Positions 1-9,157 of a stretch of 64,000 bases of DNA are shown here, one piece after another. Position numbers and translations under genes: made by a program. Under the pieces are notes generated by a model. That model did no database searches and was not told the origin of the DNA. It saw only the letters and a list, made by a program, of their open reading frames with translations. How positions within the stretch are numbered: the first letter of the stretch is position 1; every line of letters starts with the position of its first letter. The stretch spans positions 38,381-102,380 of the forward strand of contig JADGAT010000005.1 in assembly GCA_015231885.1 (NCBI GenBank), in the 5' to 3' direction. The DNA is from SAR324 cluster bacterium. GTDB taxonomy: Bacteria; SAR324; NAC60-12.

Positions 1-2
1 TG

Positions 3-1412
3 AATCAGAGGGACGAACACATTGGCCAGATTTTAACAAATCTGGAGGAGGCCAATGTCGAACTGGCCGAGGCTAATCAACTCAAAGAAGAATATAATAA
101 AATCCTGGAGCAAAAAGTATCAGAACGGACCCATGAATTGAAAGTGGAGAAGCAATACACAGAACAACAGCTTTTTGAATTACAGGCCAGTTACAACAAG
201 CTGGAAGATCTGGACAATCTCAAGGAACGATTCCTGGAGCAGATGAATTCCTTGAGCCAGACCCATTTTCCTTATTTGCGGGAAAAGCTGGAAACATTGC
301 TGGATCACCCTGCTGATGATCCCCAAAAACTGATCTCACAGGCAGTCCGGGAAATGCACACGATTGATGAAACACTGGTGCCGTTCCAATCCTTGTATTT
401 GTCAGAGCAGGCCATTCAAAGTAAAAATGTACTGTTGGCAGATACCGAAAAGAAACAGCAGATTATTGCTAAAATGGCCCTGGGAGGCACTGGGGTGGAG
501 CTTGATATTGCTTCAAGCCTGGAAGAGGGTCTGCAGCTTCTCGAAGAAAAAGTGTATGACATCATCTGCACCAATGCAGAAATGATTGAGTTGAGTGAAA
601 GAGCTGTTGAGCAATACCCTGAAATCAAATCGGTTTTCATGACTTCAGATGATGCGTCAACCTACCTGGCAACACTGCAGCAGTATCCGTTTTTGTCCAA
701 TATTGTTTCACGGATTGATGAAGACCGAACCTTCACCTTGAAAAATATCACCACCACGATTCGTAAGTTGATCACCAACGATTATTTTGGATTGGAAAAA
801 TATTTGAACTGGGGTGTGGAAGTCCATGAAATCCCTGTGACCGGCAGCAAAACCCGTTCAGATTTAGTAGATCAAATGGAAGAGGATTTCCAGAAGCTTG
901 GAGTGAGGAAGCAGATCATTAATAAATGTTCGGCAGTTGCAGAGGAACTGATGATGAATGCCATTTATGATGCTCCTATTGATGCTGAAGGAAATTCGCT
1001 GTATAACCATTTGCCCAGAACCACGGAAGTGGTGTTGAATGCAGAAGAGCAAGGGGTTTTTCGTTATGCCTGTGACGGTCTGTTGGTGGCTATTTCGGTC
1101 AAAGATCCGTTTGGTGCGTTTGGGCGGGATACCATCCTCCATTATCTGGAAAGCTGCTATAAAGGGAGATCCGGATCATTGCAAGAGGGCAAAGGAGGAG
1201 CAGGCAGGGGACTTTTTTATATTATGGAAACAGCAGATCTGATGGTATTCAATATCAAACCTAAAATACAAACAGAAGTGATTGCCATTTTTAATATAGA
1301 CCCCAACAAGCCAAAGCGCACCAAAGGCACTTCTTTCCATTATTTTTATCAAGAGAAACAGAAAGCGTCTCCTTCGTTTCAAGCAGACAATACATTCTCT
1401 ACTGATTTGTAA
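3..1412 (+). CDS. Signal transduction protein (5' partial): coiled coil, degenerate receiver-like domain, C-terminal RsbW/HATPase-like domain
   Basis: The frame is open from position 3 (NQRDEHIGQ...LEQKVSERTHEL), so the gene starts before the window. Receiver-like VLLAD...YDII segment; GHKL-type motifs ELMMNAIYD, VKDPFG, GAGRGLF. Confidence 0.6.
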   Translation, partial: NQRDEHIGQILTNLEEANVELAEANQLKEEYNKILEQKVSERTHELKVEKQYTEQQLFELQASYNKLEDLDNLKERFLEQMNSLSQTHFPYLREKLETLLDHPADDPQKLISQAVREMHTIDETLVPFQSLYLSEQAIQSKNVLLADTEKKQQIIAKMALGGTGVELDIASSLEEGLQLLEEKVYDIICTNAEMIELSERAVEQYPEIKSVFMTSDDASTYLATLQQYPFLSNIVSRIDEDRTFTLKNITTTIRKLITNDYFGLEKYLNWGVEVHEIPVTGSKTRSDLVDQMEEDFQKLGVRKQIINKCSAVAEELMMNAIYDAPIDAEGNSLYNHLPRTTEVVLNAEEQGVFRYACDGLLVAISVKDPFGAFGRDTILHYLESCYKGRSGSLQEGKGGAGRGLFYIMETADLMVFNIKPKIQTEVIAIFNIDPNKPKRTKGTSFHYFYQEKQKASPSFQADNTFSTDL

Positions 1413-1510
1413 TCGTATCCCAGGTCGTTTGCGACTGCTTCATGAGTGATCTCACCGCGATGGACATGCAGTCCGTTTCGGAGGTGTTCACTGTCCAGTA
1501 ACGTCTGACG
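1379..1510 (-). pseudogene. Orphan 3' fragment of alanine dehydrogenase
   Basis: The reverse strand translates RQTLLDSEHLRNGLHVHRGEITHEAVANDLGYDYKSVENVLSA*, resembling the Ald C-terminus (HLRNGLNVH.G.IT..AVA..LG). In-frame stops lie just upstream and there is no start codon. Confidence 0.7.
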
Positions 1511-1549
1511 AGTTGTACTTATCTGTCACCCTCATAGGCATATATTTTC

Positions 1550-2959
1550 TTATTTACGAGTCATTTTTTGTTTGATGGCATTCACTTCAGCTGCTTCAAG
1601 TCCCGGGATGGTCTCGGTTTCTGTAAGGCCCAGTGCTTTTTCCTGTGCTTTGCGCCATTGAGCGAGGCGGTCTTTGATCACTTTTTCATGACCTTCTGAG
1701 GAAGGTGCATAAAAATAGGTTCCCAACAGTGAATCTGGCAGATATTGTTGTCCAGTGTGATGGCCTGCTTCGTTATGGGGATAGAGGTAGCCTTCTCCAT
1801 GCCCCAGCGGTTTTTCGTCACGACTCGGGTCTTTCAGATGGTCAGGCACTTCCACCTTGCCGTCTTTTTCGATTTTGGAATAGGCAGAAAAATAGGCCCC
1901 CGCACTGTTGGATTTTGGTGCTGTTGCCAGGTACAGTGTGGCCTCCACAATCGAATAAATCCCTTCGGGCAACCCTATGTATTCAAAGCTTTGTGCGGCT
2001 GCATTGGCAACAACCAGCCCCATAGGAGATGCCAGCCCCACATCTTCTCCTGCCAAAATGAGCAGTCGGCGTAAAATAAAGCGAGGACTTTCTCCGGCAT
2101 ACAGCATCTTGGCCAGCCAGTACAACGCAGCGTCCGGGTCGGAGCCGCGAATGGATTTAATGAAAGCACTGATGGTGTCGTAATGGGCATCGCCATCCTT
2201 GTCATAAAGAACGGCTCGCTGCTGAATGGACTCCTGGGCTACTTCAAGGTTGAGCCGCAGAATGCCTTCTTCATTTGATGCAGTGGATTCGATAGCCAAC
2301 TCCAAAGCATTTAAGGCGTTGCGTGCATCGCCGCCTGCTACATTGACCAAATGCGCCAATGCTTTGGGATCGGCCTGGACTTCTCGTTTTCCATAGCCTC
2401 GCTCTGTATCAGTCAATGCACTTTTTAAAATTGCCTGGATGTCTTCATTTTCCAAAGCCTTGAGTTGAAAAATCCGTGAACGGGACACCAGGGCAGAGTT
2501 GACTTCAAAATAAGGGTTTTCGGTAGTAGCGCCAATCAAGGTGATGGTTCCATCTTCTACATGAGGAAGCAAGGCATCCTGCTGTGCTTTGTTCCAGCGA
2601 TGTACTTCATCGACAAACAAAATAGTTTGCTTTTGATACAGCCTGTTTCGCTCTTTGGCTTCTTTAATCAACTGCCGTAATTCGGCAGTTCCGGAGAGCA
2701 CCGCACTGATCATCTGAAAATGAGAGAGGGTCGAATTGGCGACAATCTGGGCCAAGGTCGTCTTTCCTGTTCCAGGAGGTCCCCAGAGGAGGATTGAGGA
2801 AAAAAGGCGGTCTGCTTCAATGACACGTCGTAATAAGCATCCAGGGCCGATAATGTGCTCCTGCCCAATAAACTGGTCCAGGGTTCGTGGGCGCATGCGT
2901 GCGGCCAGTGGTGCTTCATGTGTGAAATGCTGATTGACGGCATGGTCAAAAAGATCCAT
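1550..2959 (-). CDS. rarA: Replication-associated recombination protein A (MgsA/RarA AAA+ ATPase)
   Basis: PLAARMRP, Walker A GPPGTGKTT, FVDEVHR, GATTENP, YDTISAFIKSIRGSDPDAA. Confidence 0.95.
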   Translation of the reverse strand: MDLFDHAVNQHFTHEAPLAARMRPRTLDQFIGQEHIIGPGCLLRRVIEADRLFSSILLWGPPGTGKTTLAQIVANSTLSHFQMISAVLSGTAELRQLIKEAKERNRLYQKQTILFVDEVHRWNKAQQDALLPHVEDGTITLIGATTENPYFEVNSALVSRSRIFQLKALENEDIQAILKSALTDTERGYGKREVQADPKALAHLVNVAGGDARNALNALELAIESTASNEEGILRLNLEVAQESIQQRAVLYDKDGDAHYDTISAFIKSIRGSDPDAALYWLAKMLYAGESPRFILRRLLILAGEDVGLASPMGLVVANAAAQSFEYIGLPEGIYSIVEATLYLATAPKSNSAGAYFSAYSKIEKDGKVEVPDHLKDPSRDEKPLGHGEGYLYPHNEAGHHTGQQYLPDSLLGTYFYAPSSEGHEKVIKDRLAQWRKAQEKALGLTETETIPGLEAAEVNAIKQKMTRK

Positions 2960-4345
2960 TTAAAGAGAACTCCCTGGATTTCTGTGGATGTAACGGCCAG
3001 CTCCTCTTTCAACGTTCAGGTTCCCTTCGTCCCATTGGACTTTCCCATTGACAATGACCCAAGTGGGAGCACCTTTGGTCTGAAACCCTTCAAAAATACT
3101 GGTATCGCAGCGATGATGACAGGTTTTCGCAGAGATGGTATTCTCTGTGTCAGGATTCCAAATGACCAGGTCAGCATCAGCACCAGCACAGATGGTTCCT
3201 TTTTGAGGGTACATGCCAAATAGCTGCGCAGGGCGGGTGGAATTGACTTCAACAAACTGTTTTAAGGTGAGTTTTTGTTCCAAGACGCCATAGGTATACA
3301 TCAATGCCAGTCGGTTTTCGATGCCTGCAGCCCCATTCGGAATGTTGCGAAAATCATCCTTTCCCATGTCTTTCTGACCATGCAACTGAAAAGGACAATG
3401 GTCGGTAGCGACTGTTTGGATCTGTCCCGCTTTCAAGGCTTCCCAAAGGGACTTTTGGTGTCCCTTCGGACGAATGGGGGGACTCATGACATAGGCGGCA
3501 CTCTGGAAACCAGGTTTGTCGTAGACGCTGTCGTCCAGTAATAGATACTGGGGGCAGGTTTCTCCAAAGACCGTTTGCCCGGCAGCCCGTGCTTTTATAA
3601 TGGTTTCTACAGCTTCCCGACATGTGACGTGAACAATATAAAGTGGCACTCCAACGGTTCGAGCAAAGGTGATGGCTTTGTGGGTGCCTTCTTCTTCGAT
3701 AAATGAGGGCCGGGATTGGGCATGGTATTGAGGATCTGTTTTTCCGACATCAATCAGCTGCTTCTGTAATTCTGGAATGAGATCTCCATTTTCACAATGG
3801 GAGGTGACCAGAGCGCCCAGTTTTTTAGCAGTTTTCATCACCTCAATCAGTGCCTGGTCCTCAATACCGATGGTTTCTTTGTAGGCCAGAAATGTTTTGA
3901 AAGACGGGATTCCCTCATTGATCACACACTGTTCCATTTCCTGGGCTGTGTGCGGGTCAAATCCAATGACAGCCATATGGAACGCGTAATCAGAGACTGC
4001 TTTTCTGGCAGCATCTTTGCGTTCATGCAAAGCCCCCAATAAGGATTGGCCTCGGTTTGGAGTAACAAAATCAATAATAGAGGTGGTCCCTCCTGCAATT
4101 CCGGCAGCAGTGCCTGTTTCAAAATCATCTGCAGAAACAGTATCCATCACGGGCAATTCCAAATGCACATGAGCATCAATCGCACCTGGAAAAACATAAT
4201 GTCCCTGCGCATCGATCTGCCTGTCGGCAGAAAAGTCCAAATCCTTTCCAATGGCTTGGATTAATCCATTTTCAATGTAAATATCGGCATTCAATTGATC
4301 AATGGCCGTGACAATGTCACCATTTTTAATGAGTAAGGATTCCAT
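2960..4345 (-). CDS. hydA: Dihydropyrimidinase (D-hydantoinase)
   Basis: PGAIDAHVH, GGTTSIID, SFKTFLAY, HCENG, GETCPQYL, ATDHCPF, IPNG. The stop codon abuts the rarA ATG. Confidence 0.93.
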   Translation of the reverse strand: MESLLIKNGDIVTAIDQLNADIYIENGLIQAIGKDLDFSADRQIDAQGHYVFPGAIDAHVHLELPVMDTVSADDFETGTAAGIAGGTTSIIDFVTPNRGQSLLGALHERKDAARKAVSDYAFHMAVIGFDPHTAQEMEQCVINEGIPSFKTFLAYKETIGIEDQALIEVMKTAKKLGALVTSHCENGDLIPELQKQLIDVGKTDPQYHAQSRPSFIEEEGTHKAITFARTVGVPLYIVHVTCREAVETIIKARAAGQTVFGETCPQYLLLDDSVYDKPGFQSAAYVMSPPIRPKGHQKSLWEALKAGQIQTVATDHCPFQLHGQKDMGKDDFRNIPNGAAGIENRLALMYTYGVLEQKLTLKQFVEVNSTRPAQLFGMYPQKGTICAGADADLVIWNPDTENTISAKTCHHRCDTSIFEGFQTKGAPTWVIVNGKVQWDEGNLNVERGAGRYIHRNPGSSL

Positions 4346-4435
4346 ATCAACAAACCTCTTTCAATAACTATGGAACAGGAAAGAAAAAAATAACCATGGC
4401 CTTTTGGTCGTTGCCTCCGAATACAACATCAAAAA

Positions 4436-4597
4436 TTAGGAATGCTCAAACAATTATTTAGCAAATCTACTTGTCTTTTCAACGATCTTCTGCGTTGCTT
4501 TACCGGTTGTATAGCAGGCTATGCGCCCGATAAAACGCCTTGAATCTCGATGAAAATCCTGCGTAACTTTCGCATGTTATTATTTTCGCTTTCCTAA
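4436..4597 (+). repeat. ~160-bp ERIC/MITE-like interspersed element, copy 1
   Basis: TTAGGAA...TTCCTAA ends. Near-identical to the copies at 47075, 52599 (reversed) and 54376. Confidence 0.9.
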
Positions 4598-5163
4598 GCA
4601 TGCAATGTTAACTCATTCTTGTCGGTATGTTCGAAGATTTTTCCATATATTTCAAGCGTTGTTGTTTCTGAATAGGAAAGTTTATTACCACTGATGGTAA
4701 TATTATGCTGGAACTCGATTGTACGGGCATTGTCACGCATAAAAGGAGATTGAAGGATTCCCCAATCAGAATCTCCAAGTTTTGCTGTAACATTTAGAGA
4801 GACTACACCACTTGGATCATTTTCAGGAATATATTTGGATCCAGCAAGAAGGCAAACGCCTCTGGGGATCACTAATGAATGCATCACTACTTTTTCTTGA
4901 GCATCCCACATCCAATAACCTGTTTCGTCATGAAAAATCTCATCATCTTTTTTTCGGCTCACAACTTGATGATAGCGCACCACGGCCAATATCTGAGTTT
5001 CGGCATTTTTTGCATTGCCCGCTGCTTCAAAAACAATTGTTTCATAAAAAGGGTTCTCTTCTGAACCATCAGGCTCGGGTGCTATATCCAATCCGTTGTT
5101 TCCTGTCCATTTTCCAATTAAACCAGACAAAGGTCCATAATTTATATCGGTTTTTTTTGTCAT
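4594..5163 (-). CDS. Heme-binding beta-barrel (nitrobindin/DUF1794-like) protein
   Basis: YGPL..LIGKW.G..G, FHDETGYWMWD, C-terminal HTDKNEL. Confidence 0.75.
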   Translation of the reverse strand: MTKKTDINYGPLSGLIGKWTGNNGLDIAPEPDGSEENPFYETIVFEAAGNAKNAETQILAVVRYHQVVSRKKDDEIFHDETGYWMWDAQEKVVMHSLVIPRGVCLLAGSKYIPENDPSGVVSLNVTAKLGDSDWGILQSPFMRDNARTIEFQHNITISGNKLSYSETTTLEIYGKIFEHTDKNELTLHA

Positions 5164-5293
5164 ACTTCACCTTCTCAAATCAATGACTTTTCATCATTTT
5201 TACACAACTAATCCAACCCTTTCAGCCTAGCACAACGATGCTGATGAAGGAATGAAAAAATAGATCATTTTCTCTTAAAAACGCAGAACTCTA

Positions 5294-6541
5294 TCATGGC
5301 TCCTTCTTGATTTCGGCTCTGGGATCCAGTTCAAAAGTTTCTGGAGCAATACGTGATACAGGAACCACAACAAAACCAGAACGTTCCTCCGGAGGGACCA
5401 TTCGGTGGAGGGTCAATTGTGAGAGTACATAGAAGGCATAAATAGTATGGAATGCAGCAGAGAAGATAAAAATCACACCAGTCCCCAGACTAATCATTGC
5501 AATCGAAGCAATGGCTGGCCCTATGATAGCACCGATAGAAAAACTCAAGAGCAGCCCACCGGAAACTGAAACAAAATCCCCTTCCTTTGTATGGTCGTTC
5601 GCCTGGGCAATACAGACTGGATAAAGCGTGAGTGAGAACGCACCGAAGCAGAAGGTCACTAGCAAGAGCCCCGTTTGAGATAGAATTTCTGCAACAGACA
5701 CAAGCCAAACTTCACCTATAACGGCTCCAAGACTAACAAAAATAATAACTTTACGCCGGTCAATGACATCCGATAAACGGCCAATTGGCCACTGAGCAAC
5801 CGCACCGCCAAAAATAGCGGCTGTCATGAAAAAGGAGATCGCCCGGACATCCATACCTATTTCCCTGGCAAAAACAGGTGCTAACGTCCAAAAGGGACCG
5901 TTGGTAAGACCTACAACAAAGCAACCAACCAAACCGATTGAAGACGTCTGCCATAACCTTCTTAGATCAAGCTTTACCCGTTGAATGGGTTTTGGTTGGC
6001 TAGAGTTGCTCAAAGCAACCGGAAGGAGCGCAAACGAGGCTAGAATGGAAGCCAACACGAACAAAATCATGCTTCCCGGAGATGCCAGGTTGATCAGTAG
6101 TTGTCCGACTGTAATGGATATTAGATTGACAGCAAGGTAAATGCTGAAAACACGTCCCCTCATTTCACTGCTTGCTTCTTCATTGATCCAACTTTCAATA
6201 ATCATAAAAAGTCCGCAAAAACAATATCCCGTTACGACACGAAAGAAAATCCAGACAATCTCACTTGGTATCAATGCATGAATTAAAGGAGTAACCGAGG
6301 CCAGTGAGGCAAAGGCTGCAAACGCCCGAATATGTCCGGATCGCTGTACAATGACCGGACAATGAAGGCAGCCTAGTATGAAACCAATATAATAAGCAGT
6401 GCCGATTAATCCGATGATCGTCCCGGAAAAGGCTTCAATGTCTCCTCGGATAGGGATCAATGTCCCTTGCAGGCCATGACCTGTCAGCACAATGGCGGTA
6501 GCCAGCAACAAAGAAAATAAAGAAACAAATGTTTTACCCAA
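5294..6541 (-). CDS. MFS transporter (YcaD-like)
   Basis: About 12 hydrophobic segments; GHIRAF, IIESWIN, RGRVFSIY, QWPIGRLSD.IDRR. Confidence 0.9.
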   Translation of the reverse strand: MGKTFVSLFSLLLATAIVLTGHGLQGTLIPIRGDIEAFSGTIIGLIGTAYYIGFILGCLHCPVIVQRSGHIRAFAAFASLASVTPLIHALIPSEIVWIFFRVVTGYCFCGLFMIIESWINEEASSEMRGRVFSIYLAVNLISITVGQLLINLASPGSMILFVLASILASFALLPVALSNSSQPKPIQRVKLDLRRLWQTSSIGLVGCFVVGLTNGPFWTLAPVFAREIGMDVRAISFFMTAAIFGGAVAQWPIGRLSDVIDRRKVIIFVSLGAVIGEVWLVSVAEILSQTGLLLVTFCFGAFSLTLYPVCIAQANDHTKEGDFVSVSGGLLLSFSIGAIIGPAIASIAMISLGTGVIFIFSAAFHTIYAFYVLSQLTLHRMVPPEERSGFVVVPVSRIAPETFELDPRAEIKKEP

Positions 6542-6860
6542 AGTTCTTTCTCCTTATAAAGTCTTCGTCCATACTTGTGGAAAAGCAATGGTTGTCATCT
6601 TACACTGTTATGGTCAGGGATGAGCTGCAGATTCAATTAGAAATCCAAGCTATCAAAAAGAAATAATGCAGTTTTGTGAACTCCTCAATGAGAAGTCAGA
6701 ATCTCAATCAATAAAAAATTGATGATCTTGTTGAATTGACTGGTGTCCACAATTGATTCAGAATACCCTTCTCTTAATGGGAAGACAAATTGTTAAACCT
6801 GAGTAACTCCCTTTCCCTAAAACGGTCAAATCAAAATTTTCAATATCAACACAAGTTGCA

Positions 6861-7580
6861 ATGGGGTTGGAGCACATACGAATCATCCTGGTAGAGCCTG
6901 CAGGCGCATTGAATGTGGGTGCCATTGCGCGAGTGATGAAAAACTTTGGATTGAAGACACTGGTTTTAGTCAACCCCCAATGCAGCCCACTATCCAAAGA
7001 CGCCCAGAAAATGGCTGTACACGCACAGGATGTCCTGGAGTGCTCTCAACAGTTTCCTTCTTTACAGAAAGCCTTGGCTAACTGTTCTCAAGCTGTGGCA
7101 ACAACTGCCAGAAATCGCAATTTTTTCAAGCCCTTAGACTTTCCAAAGGCCGCATTATCCAGACTTCTGGAAATTAGTGAGCCGGTTGCATTGATTTTTG
7201 GTTCAGAAGAAAGCGGATTGAGTAATGCCGATCTGCAACTGGCTCAGTACTGGATGCAAATTCCTGCCAACCCCGAATACCCCACCCTCAATTTAGCACA
7301 GTCCGTAGCCTTGTGCTGTTATGAACTTTTTCAGCAATCGACCTCGAACGCCCCAGAAAAAACGGTGGAAAAATCTGCAACATTAGGTGAAATGGATGCC
7401 TACCTGAATCAGATGGCTTCTCTTTTGTTAGAAATAGGTTATCTGCACCCTCATACAGAAACTTCTCGCATGAATAAGTTCCGCCAGCTCTTGTATCGCT
7501 CTACTCCAGGGTCTTCTGAAATTGATATGCTGCGTGGAGTGCTAACCCAAATGCAATGGGCATTGAAAAATAAGAAATGA
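6861..7580 (+). CDS. trmJ: tRNA 2'-O-methyltransferase, TrmJ/LasT family (SPOUT)
   Basis: IILVEP...NVGAIARVMKNFG, LIFGSEESGL, YPTLNLAQSV. Confidence 0.9.
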   Translation: MGLEHIRIILVEPAGALNVGAIARVMKNFGLKTLVLVNPQCSPLSKDAQKMAVHAQDVLECSQQFPSLQKALANCSQAVATTARNRNFFKPLDFPKAALSRLLEISEPVALIFGSEESGLSNADLQLAQYWMQIPANPEYPTLNLAQSVALCCYELFQQSTSNAPEKTVEKSATLGEMDAYLNQMASLLLEIGYLHPHTETSRMNKFRQLLYRSTPGSSEIDMLRGVLTQMQWALKNKK

Positions 7581-7587
7581 AGTGTAT

Positions 7588-8694
7588 TCATACAATTGCA
7601 TAAAATAAGGCTATCAGCAGCGCAAGACACCAGCTGTAGAGAATCCATTGACTTGAGCGCCGGAAGTGCTGGCTGGGAGGTAAAAGCAGCGGCAGATCCA
7701 TTCCCTGTAACCCCTGGTTCCAAAGCAGCGTTTGTTCACCGAGGAGTTCGATAAAACGAGGATGGGTCTCCACAGCAGGGACACGGTAAGGGGTCAATCC
7801 TTCTGAACGGGCAAGTTCAAAATAGGTATGATCTATTTCAAATAATGTTTCCAGATGGTCGTTCACAAAACTAAGAGCAACAAAAAGAACCGAACGAACT
7901 CCTTGTTTTGCTAGCTCTGGGAGCAGTTCATCCGTGTAGGGCTGTAGCCATTTGGCAGGCCCTACACGACTCTGAAAACAAAGTTGAAATTTCCATTCAG
8001 GAAATTGCTTGCGTAAACTTTCTACAGTAGACCACAATTCCATCAAATAGGGGTCCCCTTTGTCTACATAAGATTGAGGAAGACCATGGGCAGAACACAA
8101 AATCAACGTTTCTTGAGGCACCAATGTATGCTGCGAAAGCTCCTTTTTTAATAAATCAGAAAGAGCTTCAATATAGTAAGGGTGATTGGGATAAGAGCGC
8201 AATACCTGGATTGTACAGGCATAACCTTGCTTTTTTAATAAACCATCAAGCTGTTCCAGTGAAGATCCCGTAGTGGCATAAGAGAAATGAGGATACATGG
8301 GAATGGCATATAGTTGCTCAATCTGATCCTCTATTATTTGTTTCACCACACTTTCGGCATTGCCGGCGAGATAGCGATGAGCCACATATATTTTGCATCC
8401 CCCTTTCTGTTTTTGTAGAATTTTCTCCAACTGAGCACGTTGCTGTTCTGTGGCTTCTACAATTGGAGACTTCCCCCCAATCTGCTGATACTGTTCAGCG
8501 ACCTCAACTGCGCGCTTTTTCGATATTTTCCTGGCGAAACGGTTTTGCAGCCAATGAGGAAATGGCAGTTGGATCACATTGGGATCTCTCAAAATTTCAT
8601 ATAAAAAATCAGCGACTTCCTCCAGATGGCGAGGCCCTCCAAAATTTAGCAGCACTACTGCCTTTTGGGCAGATGGAACATTATTTTCTTGCAT
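7588..8694 (-). CDS. hemH: Ferrochelatase
   Basis: VLLNFGGP, YQQIGGKSP, MYPHFS..T, SAHGLP, GDPY, FQSRVGP..WLQP, DHLETLFEID. Confidence 0.95.
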   Translation of the reverse strand: MQENNVPSAQKAVVLLNFGGPRHLEEVADFLYEILRDPNVIQLPFPHWLQNRFARKISKKRAVEVAEQYQQIGGKSPIVEATEQQRAQLEKILQKQKGGCKIYVAHRYLAGNAESVVKQIIEDQIEQLYAIPMYPHFSYATTGSSLEQLDGLLKKQGYACTIQVLRSYPNHPYYIEALSDLLKKELSQHTLVPQETLILCSAHGLPQSYVDKGDPYLMELWSTVESLRKQFPEWKFQLCFQSRVGPAKWLQPYTDELLPELAKQGVRSVLFVALSFVNDHLETLFEIDHTYFELARSEGLTPYRVPAVETHPRFIELLGEQTLLWNQGLQGMDLPLLLPPSQHFRRSSQWILYSWCLALLIALFYAIV

Positions 8695-8788
8695 AATATT
8701 TTATAAAAGATAGCTTGAGAAAGCCCCTCACCCATTATAGGTTCGGCTATTCAAAGAAACACCTTACCAAAAGTCCGTTAAGAATGGA

Positions 8789-9157
8789 ATGGGAGATATG
8801 TTGATTAAACAACTTGAATGCTGCAAAGAATTCATCGCAGGCGATTTAACGGTTTTACGAGAAATATTACATCCCAGCAAAGAGAATCTGAAAATTCATT
8901 ACAGCCTCGCACATGCTAAGGTTTCGCCAGGAAAAAGTTCGGTGGACCATAAGCTGAAAACATCGGAAGTTTACTACATTCTGGAAGGGAAAGGGATTAT
9001 GTATATTGATGGAAAAGCCGCAGAAGTAGCAGCTGGCGCAACCATTTATATTCCTCCTGGTGCCGTTCAGCGCATCCATAATACTGAAAATTCGGAACTA
9101 ATGTTCTTATGTATTGTTGATCCGCCATGGCGAGAGGAAGAAGAAGAAATAATATGA
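8789..9157 (+). CDS. Cupin domain protein
   Basis: H.LKTSEVYYILEGKG, IYIPPG..QRI.N. Confidence 0.85.
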   Translation: MGDMLIKQLECCKEFIAGDLTVLREILHPSKENLKIHYSLAHAKVSPGKSSVDHKLKTSEVYYILEGKGIMYIDGKAAEVAAGATIYIPPGAVQRIHNTENSELMFLCIVDPPWREEEEEII

